Shown here piece by piece: positions 47,038-57,806 of a stretch of DNA of 64,000 nucleotides. The position numbers were made by a program, and so were the translations under genes. The stretch's first letter is position 1. The number at the start of each line of letters is the position of its first letter. This stretch comes from Candidatus Hydrogenedentota bacterium (GTDB lineage: Bacteria; Hydrogenedentota; Hydrogenedentia; Hydrogenedentales; CAITNO01). The notes under the pieces were generated by a model. The model was not told the DNA's origin, made no database searches, and was given only the letters and a program-made list of their open reading frames with translations. The stretch is from the NCBI GenBank assembly GCA_029776995.1, contig JAKOTZ010000075.1, forward strand, positions 2,225 through 66,224, written 5' to 3'.

Positions 47038-48620
47038 AAACCGAAGGCCATACCGCCGATGCCTCCGCTTATTCGCGCCGCCGAGGGTTCCTCCTGGTAA
47101 CCCATCCGGTAACGGGAGCGGCGGTCACGGGGATACTGCTGGCCGTGGCGTTCCCCAGAATGGCATGGTTTCCCTTGGCCTGGGTTGCTCTCGTGCCCAT
47201 GCTGGTGTCGGCTGTCCAAAACCTGTCTGTCTGGCGGACGGCCGGGATATTCCTGCTTGCGGGATGGGCGTTTCACGCGATCCACCTGCAGTGGCTGATG
47301 GCGAACATCATGTGGGCCGGCGGCTGGGCCCTTATCGGACAGCAGCTGCTGTGCGGCGCGCTGGCCCTCCACTGGGCGGCAGTGGGGGGGCTCTGGGCCT
47401 GGCTGACCCGACGCTGGTCCCGCGGGCGCTGGATCATGCTGCCCGCGCTGTGGCTGATCATGGAGTGGCTGATGGCCCGATGGCTCAGCGGTTTCGGCTG
47501 GAGCGCGCTGGCCTATTCGCAGGGTGCCTGGCCGGCCGCCCAGTGGGCTGCCGCGGCCGGGGTGGACGGCGTGTCTTTCCTCGTCATAACGGTTAACACC
47601 CTGTTGGCTGCCGCCCTGAGCGAAGGTGGAAGAAACCGCTGGATCCGACTGGCGGCAGCAGCGACCGTACTGACCATAGCGGCAGCGGGCGGACTGGCGC
47701 TGGCCCGTTCAGGAGATACGGTCAGCGCTTCCCCCCTGTTTCGCGCGGCCGTGGTACAGACGGCATTTGCCCAGGAGACCAAATGGGATCCGGATTTTGC
47801 CGAAACCCTCTTTTCCATGCAGGAGCGGATGACCCGGACACTCGTAACATCCCGTCCGGTGGACCTGGTCCTTTGGCCGGAAGCCGCCGTTCCCGATGAC
47901 ATCTCCAGGCCGGCGGTGAGAGAACGGCTGATCCGCCTCGCGAAGGAAACAGGAACAGCCCTGTGCGTGGGCGGATCGAGGGGAGACGGCGGGAAAGATT
48001 ACAACACCGCGGTGCTGGCAACTCCGAACGGCGATTTCTACTGGTATGACAAGGTACATCTTGCCCCATTCGGCGAATATATTCCCTTTGAGTCCTGGCT
48101 GCCTTTTCTGCGGAATATCGCTTTCGGGGGCGTGTCAGCGGGTACGGAACAGCGGATTTTTCAGTTCAATGGCAAGGCCATTGGGCCATTGATCTGTTTC
48201 GAGGTGCTGTTCGCGCCGATGGCCGGACGGCTCCGCGGCATGGGCGCCCAGGCGCTGGCAGTCATCACCAACCTGGGATGGTTCGGGGCCAGCAACGTTA
48301 CCGCGCAGGAACTGGAAATTGCCCGGTTTCGGGCGATTGAAAACCGGCTCAGCCTGCTGCACTGCGGCAACACGGGCATTTCCGGAATGTTTGATCCCCT
48401 GGGCCGGTTCATCCCTGTCCACGCGATTTTTTACGGCAATGACATACGGTTTTACGATCCGGAACGGATTGAACCGGCTATGGTCTACGGCCGGCGCATG
48501 GCCGGGGTATTCGATGTTCCCCCGCCGGCTGCCAGGCCGGGCCTGCCCTGGCGGATGGCCCTGCCCGCCCTGGCTGTTCTGCTGGCCGCCATGGAACTGC
48601 GACCGGGGAGGAGGCCATGA
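47034..48620 (+). CDS. lnt: Apolipoprotein N-acyltransferase
   Basis: N-terminal polytopic membrane domain plus a C-terminal C-N hydrolase domain (AVVQTAF...LVLWPEAAVP... ICFE). Apparent TTG start overlapping the upstream stop. Confidence 0.7.
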   Translation: MKTEGHTADASAYSRRRGFLLVTHPVTGAAVTGILLAVAFPRMAWFPLAWVALVPMLVSAVQNLSVWRTAGIFLLAGWAFHAIHLQWLMANIMWAGGWALIGQQLLCGALALHWAAVGGLWAWLTRRWSRGRWIMLPALWLIMEWLMARWLSGFGWSALAYSQGAWPAAQWAAAAGVDGVSFLVITVNTLLAAALSEGGRNRWIRLAAAATVLTIAAAGGLALARSGDTVSASPLFRAAVVQTAFAQETKWDPDFAETLFSMQERMTRTLVTSRPVDLVLWPEAAVPDDISRPAVRERLIRLAKETGTALCVGGSRGDGGKDYNTAVLATPNGDFYWYDKVHLAPFGEYIPFESWLPFLRNIAFGGVSAGTEQRIFQFNGKAIGPLICFEVLFAPMAGRLRGMGAQALAVITNLGWFGASNVTAQELEIARFRAIENRLSLLHCGNTGISGMFDPLGRFIPVHAIFYGNDIRFYDPERIEPAMVYGRRMAGVFDVPPPAARPGLPWRMALPALAVLLAAMELRPGRRP

Positions 48621-50248
48621 GCGGCCGACAGGCAGGACACTCCGGCGCTTCGGACCCGAGGGGCGCGGGATTCATGCGGTTCGCGGCGGTATTTGCCGGC
48701 GGAACGATGATCAGCCGGATTACAGGACTCGCCCGGGACATCATCTTTACCGCCACGGTGCCTTCGCAGGCGCTGGGAGGATTCCTGTTTGCCTTCAGCC
48801 TGCCCAACATGCTGCGGGATATGCTGGGCGAAGGGGCATCCAACGCCGCGGTAGTGCCCGTGCTTTCCGAGCGCCGCGTCAACGCCGGGGAGGAAGGCTA
48901 CCGGCGCGCCCTCGAGGCTATTCTGGGGGCCATGCTGGCCGTGTTCATAGCGATCACCGCCGCGGGAATCCTGCTCATGCCGCTGGCGCCGCGGTTGCTG
49001 AACGCGCTGACCTTTTTCACGGGACGCGCGCTTCCCCAGCAGGAGGAAGAGCTGCGGCATCTGGTCCGCGTCATGCAGTGGACATTCCCCTACTTCATCA
49101 TGATCTGCATGGCGGCGATCATGATGGGACCGCTGTTCATCCGGGGGCGTTACGCGGTGGCTTCGTGGTCGCCCTCCCTGCTGAACCTCGCCTTTATCGC
49201 CGCGTGCATGCTGTTCATGGGACGGTTCCACCATCCCGCGTGGGCCCTGGTGGCAGGCCTGTGGGTGGGCGGTATGCTTCAGCTCGCCGCGATGTGGTGG
49301 GATCTCGCGCGCAGCCACGGGCCGGTGATTCCCCGGCCGGCGCTTCGGGATCCTGCTTTTCGCAAAGTGCTGGCCCTGCTGGTTCCCGTGGTTATCGGCC
49401 AGTCTGCCGGGGAAGTCAACAAGCTGGTAGACCGGTTCTTCGCCATGTCTCTGGGTGAAGACAAAGTGCTGGCGCTGTACCTGTCCAACCGGCTGGTGCA
49501 GCTGCCGCTGGCCATGTTCGGCGTGGCGGTGTCGGTGGCTTTGCTGCCCGAGCTCAGCCGCCTGAACGCCATTGGTCGGCGCGATGACGTCCGCCGCCTT
49601 TTGATGAAAGGATTCAGCCAGACCCTGTTCCTGATCTGTCCCGCCATGTGCGTCCTGATCGCGCTCCGGGAACCGCTGGTGCGGCTGCTGTTCGAGCGGG
49701 GCGCCTTTTCGGAAGAGACCACCCGACTGTCATCGGACGCGTTATTTTATGCCTCTTTGGGGCTGGTGTCTTTTGCCTGGCTGCGCATGGCCACCCAGGG
49801 CTTCTACGCCGACCACGATACCCGGACGCCCGTTATCCTGGGCGCCGGAAGCATGATGCTGAATATCGCGCTCAACATGATTCTGGTGCGGCCTATGGGA
49901 TATCTGGGGCTGGCCCTGTCCACGTCCATATGCTACACCGTTAATTTTGCGTTGCTTTACCTGTTTCTCTGGAAGCGGTACGGGCCGCTGGCGTCCCCGG
50001 CGTGGGTGATCCGCATCTCCGGCATCACGGCAGCCTCCATTGCGGCCGCGGTTTGCGGGTGGCTGGTCTGGCGGCTCTGGTCCGCCGAGGTTACCCTCCC
50101 CGGTTTCCTGCCGCATGCCGCAGGCACGCTCCTCGCCCTGGCTGCCGCGGCGGTTACCTATCTGGCTGCGTGCCTGGCATTAGGCCTGCCGGATTTCCGC
50201 GAATTCCTTGCCGGCCTGCGGCGAACCCCGCGCCCGGACGCCGGATAG
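48617..50248 (+). CDS. murJ: Lipid II flippase MurJ (MviN)
   Basis: ISRITGLARDIIFTATVP.....FLFAFSLPNMLRDMLGEGA...AAVVPVL is the MurJ N-terminal signature. 14-TM pattern. Start may be the downstream ATG at 48674. Confidence 0.75.
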   Translation: MSGRQAGHSGASDPRGAGFMRFAAVFAGGTMISRITGLARDIIFTATVPSQALGGFLFAFSLPNMLRDMLGEGASNAAVVPVLSERRVNAGEEGYRRALEAILGAMLAVFIAITAAGILLMPLAPRLLNALTFFTGRALPQQEEELRHLVRVMQWTFPYFIMICMAAIMMGPLFIRGRYAVASWSPSLLNLAFIAACMLFMGRFHHPAWALVAGLWVGGMLQLAAMWWDLARSHGPVIPRPALRDPAFRKVLALLVPVVIGQSAGEVNKLVDRFFAMSLGEDKVLALYLSNRLVQLPLAMFGVAVSVALLPELSRLNAIGRRDDVRRLLMKGFSQTLFLICPAMCVLIALREPLVRLLFERGAFSEETTRLSSDALFYASLGLVSFAWLRMATQGFYADHDTRTPVILGAGSMMLNIALNMILVRPMGYLGLALSTSICYTVNFALLYLFLWKRYGPLASPAWVIRISGITAASIAAAVCGWLVWRLWSAEVTLPGFLPHAAGTLLALAAAAVTYLAACLALGLPDFREFLAGLRRTPRPDAG

Positions 50249-50249
50249 C

Positions 50250-53200
50250 CTAGCACACTTCGATGGCCAGCCGGACCGGCATGCCGTCGATGTCCTCCTC
50301 ACGGGCGTCCGCGGGAAGGTCCGCGTCCCAGCAGATGTCGCTGGCCAGCACGGTATCCCGTATTTCGGCATCGTACCGGCGGAATGCCTCCAGCAGCTCG
50401 GGAGATTCCACCCGGCCCAGAACGCGGATCCGGGCGTCATAGGCCACGTCCGCTGATTTGCGCAGGTCCTGAATCAGGCGGATCACCTCGCGCACCCAGC
50501 CTTCCTGACGCAACTCATCGGTAATTTCCGTGGAAAGGGCCACCACCATGCGGGCGCTGTGGGCCGCGGTGAATCCCGGCTTCGGCTGCAGGCGGATTTC
50601 CACGTCTTCCGGCGAAAGGGTTACGGCCTGGCCGTCCACTTCCAGCGTCAGCGCGCCTCTTTCGGTCATCTCCCGGTACAGAGCAGCCCCGGAGGACTGG
50701 CTCAGTACCGCGGCGATCCGCTTCACCAGCGCGCCGAGCCGGGGTCCCAGGGTTTTGAAATTCGGTTTAACCGTGTATTCCACGTACTGTTCCGGCCGGT
50801 CGCTGAAAGCCACCTGCTTTATGTTGAGCTCTTCCGCCAGCAGGGGAATATATCCTTCAAGAATTTCGCGGGCCGCCGGGGAAGCCGGGATGATTTCGCA
50901 CAGCGCCAGCGGCTGTCTGACGCGGATATTGGCCACGCGGCGGGCGCTCAGGCCCAGCGACACCGCTTCCCGGGTCAGGGCCATGGCCTCCAGCAGGACC
51001 TGGTCTACCTCCTCAGGCCGCGCCGCGGGATAATCGGACAGGTGCACGCTTTCCGGCGCGCCCGCCAGCGGAGCGGCCAGGTTGCGCCAAGTCACCTCCG
51101 CGAAGAACGGCGTGAACGGCGCCATCAGCTGGGCAAAACGCAACAGGACTTCATACAGCGTCCAATACGCGTCGGTTTTGTCCTGGTCCCACTGGGACGC
51201 CCAGAACCGGCTGCGGCTCCGGCGGACATACCAGTTGGACAGCCCGTCCAGAAAGGCGTTCAGCGCCTGGGCCGCGCGATAGCAGTCGTATTCATCCAGC
51301 GCGTCCCGGACATCCAGGGTTGTCCGCGCCAGATAGTGGCTGATCCAGCGGTCCAGTTCGCCCCGCTCATCCACGGGACGCCAGGCGGGGCGGCCTTCCG
51401 GCTGCCGGGGTTCGGGGGGATTGTCCGCGCCGAGGGACCGCAGAAACGCCTGCGGGGCATCCTCCGGACGGAATCCGTCCAGGTTGGCGTAAATCACGAA
51501 AAATGACCAGCAGTTATACCACCGGATCAGCAGCTCCCGCTGGGCCTCCTCCACGTTGCGCTCTGCCAGCCGGATGGATGAGGTAGGGGGCGTTTTGAAG
51601 ATCATGCTCCAGCGGAACGCGTCCGCACTGTAGGATTCAAACAGTTCCGATGGACTCCGGTAGTTTTTCAGGCGCTTGGACAGCTTTAAGCCGTCTTCGC
51701 CGTGGATCAGGCCCAGGCAGATGCAGTTCCGGAACGGGTGGGGCCAGGCGTGTCGGCCGTCCCGGCCGAACAGGAGCGTGCTGATCGCCAGCAGGGCATA
51801 GAACCATCCGCGTGTCTGGTCCAGCGCTTCGCTGATAAAATCCGCCGGAAAATTTTCCCTGAACCGCTCTTCCGATCCGGGCTGGTGGGGATATCCCCAC
51901 TGGGCAAAAGGCATGGCTCCGGCATCAAACCAGCAGTCTATGACTTCGGGCACCCGCCGCATTCTGGCCGTGGGATCCCACGGGCTCTGGTAGGTTATCG
52001 CGTCGATATACGGACGGTGAATTTTCAGGTCTTCAGGCAGCGACGGATCGGAGGCCTTCGCCTGTTCCCATACTTCCGTCCCCCGCACCCCGGGCTTGGC
52101 CATCAGTTCGACGTAGGAACCCACGCATTCCATTTTGCCGGTCTTTTCGCACACCCACACCGGAAGCGGCGTTCCCCAGTACCGTTCCCGGGAAAGGGCC
52201 CAGTCCACGTTGTTCTCCAGAAAATTGCCGAACCGTCCATCGCGGATGTGTTCCGGCTGCCAGCCGATGTGCCGGTTATTTTGCAGAAACAGATCGATAA
52301 AGGCCGACGTTTTGATGAACCAGGATTTCCTGGCGTACTGTATCAGCGGATCGTTTTCCGCCCGGGGACAGAACGGGTAGGCATGGCGGTACTGCTCATG
52401 CCGGATCACCATGTTCCGCTCTTTGAGGACCCGGATGATGCTTTTGTCGGCGTCTTTGCAGAATCTGCCCGCTATGGGGGTTCCGTCAAAGGGATCGCAA
52501 TCGGTCACCCGCTCATCAAAAGTGCCGTCAGGCCGGACAAAACACAGGAAACCGATGCCCTGCTCCCGGCAGACCCGGTAGTCATCCTCGCCGAAGGCCG
52601 GCGCGATATGCACAATCCCCGTACCGGTCTCAAGGTCCACGAAATCGCCCGGAATCACTATCCAGTGCCGGTTGCTCGGCTGGTCGGGATTATCGATCCG
52701 GACGGGCTCCGCGTACCGGAAAATGGGTTCATAGGACAGCCCGATCAGCTCACTTCCCTGGAAGGTCCGGACCATTTCCGACTGCCCGGCTTCAAAATAC
52801 CTGGACACCAGCGGTTCCGCCAGCAGATACGTCATCCCGTCAGACCGAACCGCGGCATAAGTGATATCCGGTCCAACCGCCGCCGCGCAGTTGCTGGAAA
52901 GCGTCCAGGGCGTTGTCGTCCAGACCAGCAGGGACACCGGGCCCTCCAGGCCCAGCCGCCCGCGGGACGCTTCCGTCAGGTCCAGCCGGACCGTGATGGC
53001 CGGATCATCCACTTCGCGGTACCCTTCGCCCACCTCACCGGAAGACAGCGCTGTCCCCCCTTGGGCCCACCACCACACGACCTTGTGTCCCTGGTACAGC
53101 AGCCCCTCATCAAACAGCCGCTTCAGCGCCCACCAGACGCTCTCCACGTAGGACTGGTGAAACGTGACATAGGCCTCGTCAAGGTTCACCCAGAAGCCGA

Positions 53201-53633
53201 TCCGGTTGGTCAGGGACTCCCATTCCCGCTTGTATCGGAACACCGAATCCACGCACGCCCGGTTGAACCGGTCTATTCCGTAGGACTCAATCGCCGCTTT
53301 ACCCCCGTCAATAATGCCCAGTTCTTTGCATACCTCGATCTCCACCGGAAGGCCGTGGGTATCCCAGCCGGCCTTGCGTTCACAGTACCGGCCTGCCATG
53401 GTCTGGTACCGGGGAAAAATATCTTTGATGGTGCGGGTGAGACAGTGGCCCGGATGGGGCATGCCGTTAGCCGTGGGCGGACCCTCGTAAAACACGAATT
53501 TCGGACATCCGCGGCGACGTTCCAGGCTGCGGGCATAAATCCGATGTTCCTGCCAGAACCGGATAATTTCATGCTCCGCCCTGGAAAAAGAAAAATCCCC
53601 CGGCACAGGAGCAAATACCGCTTCTTTTTTCAT
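50250..53633 (-). CDS. ileS: Isoleucine--tRNA ligase (long eukaryote/archaeal-like type)
   Basis: HIGH-region P..NG.PH.GH (PTANGMPHPGH) and KMSKS-like KLSKRLKNY. 1127 aa with an editing domain. Confidence 0.85.
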   Translation of the reverse strand: MKKEAVFAPVPGDFSFSRAEHEIIRFWQEHRIYARSLERRRGCPKFVFYEGPPTANGMPHPGHCLTRTIKDIFPRYQTMAGRYCERKAGWDTHGLPVEIEVCKELGIIDGGKAAIESYGIDRFNRACVDSVFRYKREWESLTNRIGFWVNLDEAYVTFHQSYVESVWWALKRLFDEGLLYQGHKVVWWWAQGGTALSSGEVGEGYREVDDPAITVRLDLTEASRGRLGLEGPVSLLVWTTTPWTLSSNCAAAVGPDITYAAVRSDGMTYLLAEPLVSRYFEAGQSEMVRTFQGSELIGLSYEPIFRYAEPVRIDNPDQPSNRHWIVIPGDFVDLETGTGIVHIAPAFGEDDYRVCREQGIGFLCFVRPDGTFDERVTDCDPFDGTPIAGRFCKDADKSIIRVLKERNMVIRHEQYRHAYPFCPRAENDPLIQYARKSWFIKTSAFIDLFLQNNRHIGWQPEHIRDGRFGNFLENNVDWALSRERYWGTPLPVWVCEKTGKMECVGSYVELMAKPGVRGTEVWEQAKASDPSLPEDLKIHRPYIDAITYQSPWDPTARMRRVPEVIDCWFDAGAMPFAQWGYPHQPGSEERFRENFPADFISEALDQTRGWFYALLAISTLLFGRDGRHAWPHPFRNCICLGLIHGEDGLKLSKRLKNYRSPSELFESYSADAFRWSMIFKTPPTSSIRLAERNVEEAQRELLIRWYNCWSFFVIYANLDGFRPEDAPQAFLRSLGADNPPEPRQPEGRPAWRPVDERGELDRWISHYLARTTLDVRDALDEYDCYRAAQALNAFLDGLSNWYVRRSRSRFWASQWDQDKTDAYWTLYEVLLRFAQLMAPFTPFFAEVTWRNLAAPLAGAPESVHLSDYPAARPEEVDQVLLEAMALTREAVSLGLSARRVANIRVRQPLALCEIIPASPAAREILEGYIPLLAEELNIKQVAFSDRPEQYVEYTVKPNFKTLGPRLGALVKRIAAVLSQSSGAALYREMTERGALTLEVDGQAVTLSPEDVEIRLQPKPGFTAAHSARMVVALSTEITDELRQEGWVREVIRLIQDLRKSADVAYDARIRVLGRVESPELLEAFRRYDAEIRDTVLASDICWDADLPADAREEDIDGMPVRLAIEVC

Positions 53634-53875
53634 TTCTTAATCCTCAAGGTCCATTCATCGGGTATTAAATAACCGTGTCTGCTGACGGCTCACGCTGGCT
53701 TATACCCCGCCGCCTGTGACTTTTCCCTGGAACGGAAATCGGCGCGCACTGCCGGAAATACTGCGACAATATATATTTTGTCCCAGAAGCGACCGCGGAT
53801 GCAAACTCCTGTTTTAATTCCCGACCGATATTCAATTTTGAGATAATTTATTGTATTTATTGTTTTAAAGCTGTA

Positions 53876-53906
53876 TTTGCTTTATTTTTTTGAAATGTGG
53901 TATAAT
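53876..53906 (+). promoter_or_regulatory. Putative sigma70 promoter with an extended -10 (TGGTATAAT) in the AT-rich divergent ileS / histidine-kinase intergenic region
   Basis: TTTGCT-N19-TGnTATAAT read directly. The region 53760-53910 is very AT-rich relative to the rest of the window. Confidence 0.35.
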
Positions 53907-54002
53907 AAAACCGGAAACGGTTGTGGCACTGGCAGGTGATGTAAAACAGCCTGAAATTTCTCAACAAACCAAAGTGAGAAAACCGGCCTCGATTATAACG
54001 GT

Positions 54003-55700
54003 ATGGGAAATACAATCATAACAAATACTTATATCCTTCTGGCGGTTGCCTTTTTTGCCGGGGCAATCACCTGTGGCATACTGTTTCGGCTCAAACGAGG
54101 ACCGATTGGCCGAGGGTTATGGGGGCGCGCTTCGGACATTTCTCAAACAGGAGAAGAAAGCCCGGATCTCCTAACGGACGCATTGCGCCTGGCAGGCATC
54201 GGCTGGTGGGAGCTGGACCCGGCCTCGGGAAAACTGTCCTGGAGTGATTCCCTTTTCAGGCTGCTGGCGCTGCCGCCAAGGATGTTTACCCCGACGCTGG
54301 AACACTGCTGGAGCCTCCTGGCGCCCGAGGATCTTCCCCGTATTCAGCAGGCCTGCGCGCGCTTACAGCAGGAAGGCGCGCCTTTTGATCTGTTCTGCCG
54401 GATCATGCTGGCCGACGGGCGGTGGCGACAGTTCCGCGTGGTAGCCTGCGCGCAGCATCATGCGGACGGCACCCGAACCATTCGGGGAATTCTCCAGGAT
54501 GTTACCGACCTGTCCAGGATTCAGGATGCCCTGAACCGAACCGTGGAGCGGTACCAGGGCATCCTGGACGGCATAGAGGAGGGATATGCTGAGTTGGACC
54601 GCCATGGGCGCGTGGTGTTTTTTAACCGCGCGCTGAAGCGCATGACCGGCCGCAGCACGCCTGTACTGCTGGATGCCCATTACCGGGAATTACTGACTCC
54701 GCAATCCGTTCCGGCGGCGCGCGCTGCCGTCCGAAGTGCCTTGCGATCAGGCCAGCCCACCGCGTTTGAGGGCGCGCTGCGCGACCGGCGCGACCGGCAG
54801 ACGCCGGTCGAAATTACCCTTTCGCCCATGAGGAACCCCTCCGGACGGATCACGGGATTTCGCTGCCTGGCGCGGGATATCACGGCCCGTCTTGAAGCCG
54901 CAGCCCGGGAACGGGAAACAGAACGACAGCTTTGGCACGCCCGCAAAATGGAAAGCCTGGCGCTTATTGCCGGAGGCGTAGCCCACGATTTCAATAACCT
55001 GCTCACGGCCATCCAGGGATACGCCGAGCTGCTGGGCCAGGAGAATTCTCAGGAACTGCGGGAGATCTACCTGGACCAGATAACCCGGCAGGTCCACCGG
55101 GCGGCGGGCCTCACCGCTCAGCTGACGGCCAGTTCAGGGGGGCTCCTGTGCCAGGGAAAACTGGTACAACTCCGGCTGGCGGTCGAAGCGGGTATCCGGG
55201 AAGCCGTTGAAAGCCATGCTTCCCAGCATCGCGTGGAATTACTGCCGGCTCCGGACCTTCCGGATATATGGTGTGATCCGGAACTGGCCCGGCGCGCGGT
55301 GGCCAATCTGGTTTCCAACGCGCTGGAAGCATCGCCGGACGCCAACGCGCCGGTTCAGGTAAAACTGCGGTCGGAAAGGGTATCCCGGGTAATCACGCTG
55401 CGCTGTCCGCCGGGCATGACCCTGCAGCCAGGATGTTACCAGGTGGTTGAAATCACCGACCACGGACCGGGAATGATGGAAGAAACGCAGCTGCATATCT
55501 TTGATCCTTTTTTCAGCACCCGGTTCATCGGACGGGGCCTGGGGCTGCCTGCCGCGCTGGGGATCATGCGCGCCCATGAAGGGATGGTGGAGGTTATCTC
55601 CGCTCCCGGGAAAGGGACGACCGTCCGGCTGTGGTTTCCCCAGGAGCGCGCGATCACCCCGACAAGCCTGGCGCCCTCTTCTTCCGTAACCGGCAACTGA
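54003..55700 (+). CDS. PAS-domain sensor histidine kinase (orphan; no adjacent response regulator)
   Basis: N-terminal TM, repeated PAS blocks (...GIGWWELD..., ...HGRVVFFNRA...), the HisKA H-box HDFNNLLTAIQGYAELL, and the HATPase_c motifs ITDHGPGM, G.GLGL. Confidence 0.75.
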   Translation: MGNTIITNTYILLAVAFFAGAITCGILFRLKRGPIGRGLWGRASDISQTGEESPDLLTDALRLAGIGWWELDPASGKLSWSDSLFRLLALPPRMFTPTLEHCWSLLAPEDLPRIQQACARLQQEGAPFDLFCRIMLADGRWRQFRVVACAQHHADGTRTIRGILQDVTDLSRIQDALNRTVERYQGILDGIEEGYAELDRHGRVVFFNRALKRMTGRSTPVLLDAHYRELLTPQSVPAARAAVRSALRSGQPTAFEGALRDRRDRQTPVEITLSPMRNPSGRITGFRCLARDITARLEAAARERETERQLWHARKMESLALIAGGVAHDFNNLLTAIQGYAELLGQENSQELREIYLDQITRQVHRAAGLTAQLTASSGGLLCQGKLVQLRLAVEAGIREAVESHASQHRVELLPAPDLPDIWCDPELARRAVANLVSNALEASPDANAPVQVKLRSERVSRVITLRCPPGMTLQPGCYQVVEITDHGPGMMEETQLHIFDPFFSTRFIGRGLGLPAALGIMRAHEGMVEVISAPGKGTTVRLWFPQERAITPTSLAPSSSVTGN

Positions 55701-55798
55701 GTTCCGGAATTATCGGGCCTTTTTCCAGTTTATGTTATGATGCTTTTCCGTCGGACGGTCCATCCGATCGCCCGTCGCGGAATGAAGAGGAAAGGGCC

Positions 55799-56326
55799 AT
55801 GGATCTCGCGCAATACATCCGAAACGTGCCGGATTTCCCTAAAGCAGGCATACAGTTCAAGGATATTACCACGCTGCTGCTGCACCCGGAAGCCTTCCGC
55901 GAGGTGGTCCGGCGATTGGAGGAACGGTACCGTTCGGATCCGCCCGACGCGGTAGCCGCCATTGACGCGCGGGGGTTCGTGTTCGGTGCGGCCCTGTGCC
56001 ATACCATGGGGCTCCCCCTGGTTCTGGTACGAAAAAAAGGCAAACTGCCCGCGGATACGGTCAGCGCGACTTATGATCTGGAATATGGCAGTGAAACCAT
56101 AGAGATGCATCGGGACGCCATCCGGCCCGGCAACCGCGTGGTGATCATGGATGACCTGCTGGCGACGGGGGGCACGGTAGCCGCGGCTGCCGGCCTGGTG
56201 CGCCAGCTGGGCGGAAAGGTGCTTGAGGCCGCTTTCGTCATTGAACTGCCCCCCCTGAAAGGGCGCGAACGGCTGGCAGCGCTCGATATCCCTGTTTTCT
56301 CCATGGTTTCCTTCATGGTGGCATAA
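55799..56326 (+). CDS. apt: Adenine phosphoribosyltransferase
   Basis: FPKAGIQFKDITTLL and the PRPP-binding motif VVIMDDLLATGGT. 175 aa. Confidence 0.8.
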   Translation: MDLAQYIRNVPDFPKAGIQFKDITTLLLHPEAFREVVRRLEERYRSDPPDAVAAIDARGFVFGAALCHTMGLPLVLVRKKGKLPADTVSATYDLEYGSETIEMHRDAIRPGNRVVIMDDLLATGGTVAAAAGLVRQLGGKVLEAAFVIELPPLKGRERLAALDIPVFSMVSFMVA

Positions 56327-56468
56327 GCCGGTTCGACATCCGCCCGCTTTTTCCGATACACTATGCGGGCGGTCGGGAGTGGATTGCGGCGTTCCACGCC
56401 GCGTAAGGACGGATTCATCCTGGAACGAGCTTTCCCTTTTTCACTGCATCACCAACCAGGAGCGCAGC

Positions 56469-57314
56469 ATGGAACAACATTTTCTTCCCGGAACGGAAAT
56501 CGAAGTTGTCAATCCCAACCTTACCCTGGGGCAGATCCGCCATGCCCTGTTTGATTTCGACGGAACGATCAGCCTGCTGCGGGAAGGCTGGCAGAACATC
56601 ATGGGGCCGGTCTGCGTCGAGATGATCGCCGGAGACACCGAACCCACTGAGGACATCCGCGAGGCGGTGGCGAAAATGATTGACGAAACCACCGGCATCC
56701 AGACCATCTACCAGATGGAACGGCTGGTGGAAATGGTACGGCAATGGGGAAGGGTTCCCGAAGAAAAAATCCTGACCGCGGAACAGTACAAGCAGATCTA
56801 TCTGGACCGCCTGATGGTGCCGGTGCGCGAGCGGATTGCCATGATCGGACGGGGAGAAAAAACGGTGGATGATTTCCGCGTGGCAGGGGTGGTCCGGTTC
56901 CTGGAACTGATGAAAAAACGCGGGGTGGCCATGTACGTGTTCAGCGGAACGGACCGGGATGACGTGCGGAACGAGGCCGGGGTCGTCCAGGTCGCGGAAT
57001 ATTTCGAAGAAATATGGGGCGCGCTGCCGTCCAAAGAAGAATATTCAAAAGAAAAAGTGATCCGCGAAATCATGGCGGCGCATGAGCTGAGCGGCCCCCA
57101 GGTGCTGGCCGTGGGCGACGGTCCGGTGGAGCTGCGCAATATCAAAGACGCGGGCGGCATCGCGCTGGGGGTGGCATCCGACGAGAAAAAAGGGTATGGC
57201 TGGGACATGCACAAGCGGCAGCGGCTGATCCGCGCCGGCGCGGATATCCTGGTGCCCGATTTCCGCGAGGCGGATACCCTGGTACAATACCTGTTCGGGG
57301 AACAGCCCTGCTAA
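56469..57314 (+). CDS. HAD-superfamily hydrolase
   Basis: Motif I FDFDGT, motif II SGT, motif IV GDGPVE. AGGAG ribosome-binding site. Confidence 0.6.
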   Translation: MEQHFLPGTEIEVVNPNLTLGQIRHALFDFDGTISLLREGWQNIMGPVCVEMIAGDTEPTEDIREAVAKMIDETTGIQTIYQMERLVEMVRQWGRVPEEKILTAEQYKQIYLDRLMVPVRERIAMIGRGEKTVDDFRVAGVVRFLELMKKRGVAMYVFSGTDRDDVRNEAGVVQVAEYFEEIWGALPSKEEYSKEKVIREIMAAHELSGPQVLAVGDGPVELRNIKDAGGIALGVASDEKKGYGWDMHKRQRLIRAGADILVPDFREADTLVQYLFGEQPC

Positions 57315-57336
57315 CGCCGGACCATGAAAGGTTTCC

Positions 57337-57792
57337 ATGGAACTGGAACGGATTGAAAGCGAATGTCTGCAGCTGCTGGGAGAGTCCCCGCAACCGCTGG
57401 TGCCGCTGGACCGACTGCTGCACGAACTGCGCAGGGCTTTCCCGCAGGCCAACCTGCCGGAAGACATGCTGCTTCGGTTCCTGCGGTCCCATCAGGATGT
57501 AGTCGTCCTGGAAGGGCTCGGAAACCTGGGACCGGTAACGGAACAGGATTTCGCTGACGCCGGGTATTATATGGGCCCCCGGGCGGTGTTGCGTTCCCGC
57601 GTACCCGGCCCCCGGGAACTGGGCGCGCACCTGCTGGAACAGATGAACGGACTGGAAACCCTGCTGGCCCGCGCCATGGATGCCGCCCGGCAGGAAAAAG
57701 ACGTGCAGCGAACCGCCGCCCTAGAAGATGCCATGATCCGCCTGGGCGAACTGCGGGCCCGCCTGCAGCGTCATCTGGGCGGTGAAACGTAG
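57337..57792 (+). CDS. Hypothetical protein (151 aa)
   Basis: Compact ORF with in-operon spacing. No recognizable motif. Confidence 0.35.
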   Translation: MELERIESECLQLLGESPQPLVPLDRLLHELRRAFPQANLPEDMLLRFLRSHQDVVVLEGLGNLGPVTEQDFADAGYYMGPRAVLRSRVPGPRELGAHLLEQMNGLETLLARAMDAARQEKDVQRTAALEDAMIRLGELRARLQRHLGGET

Positions 57793-57806
57793 CGCCTCCG
57801 CCGTAA

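Noticed and set aside
51702-53672. 656-aa ORF on the + strand
   Set aside because: It is fully antisense to ileS, whose HIGH/KMSKS motifs are unambiguous. Long antisense ORFs are expected in GC-rich DNA. It has no ribosome-binding site or motif.
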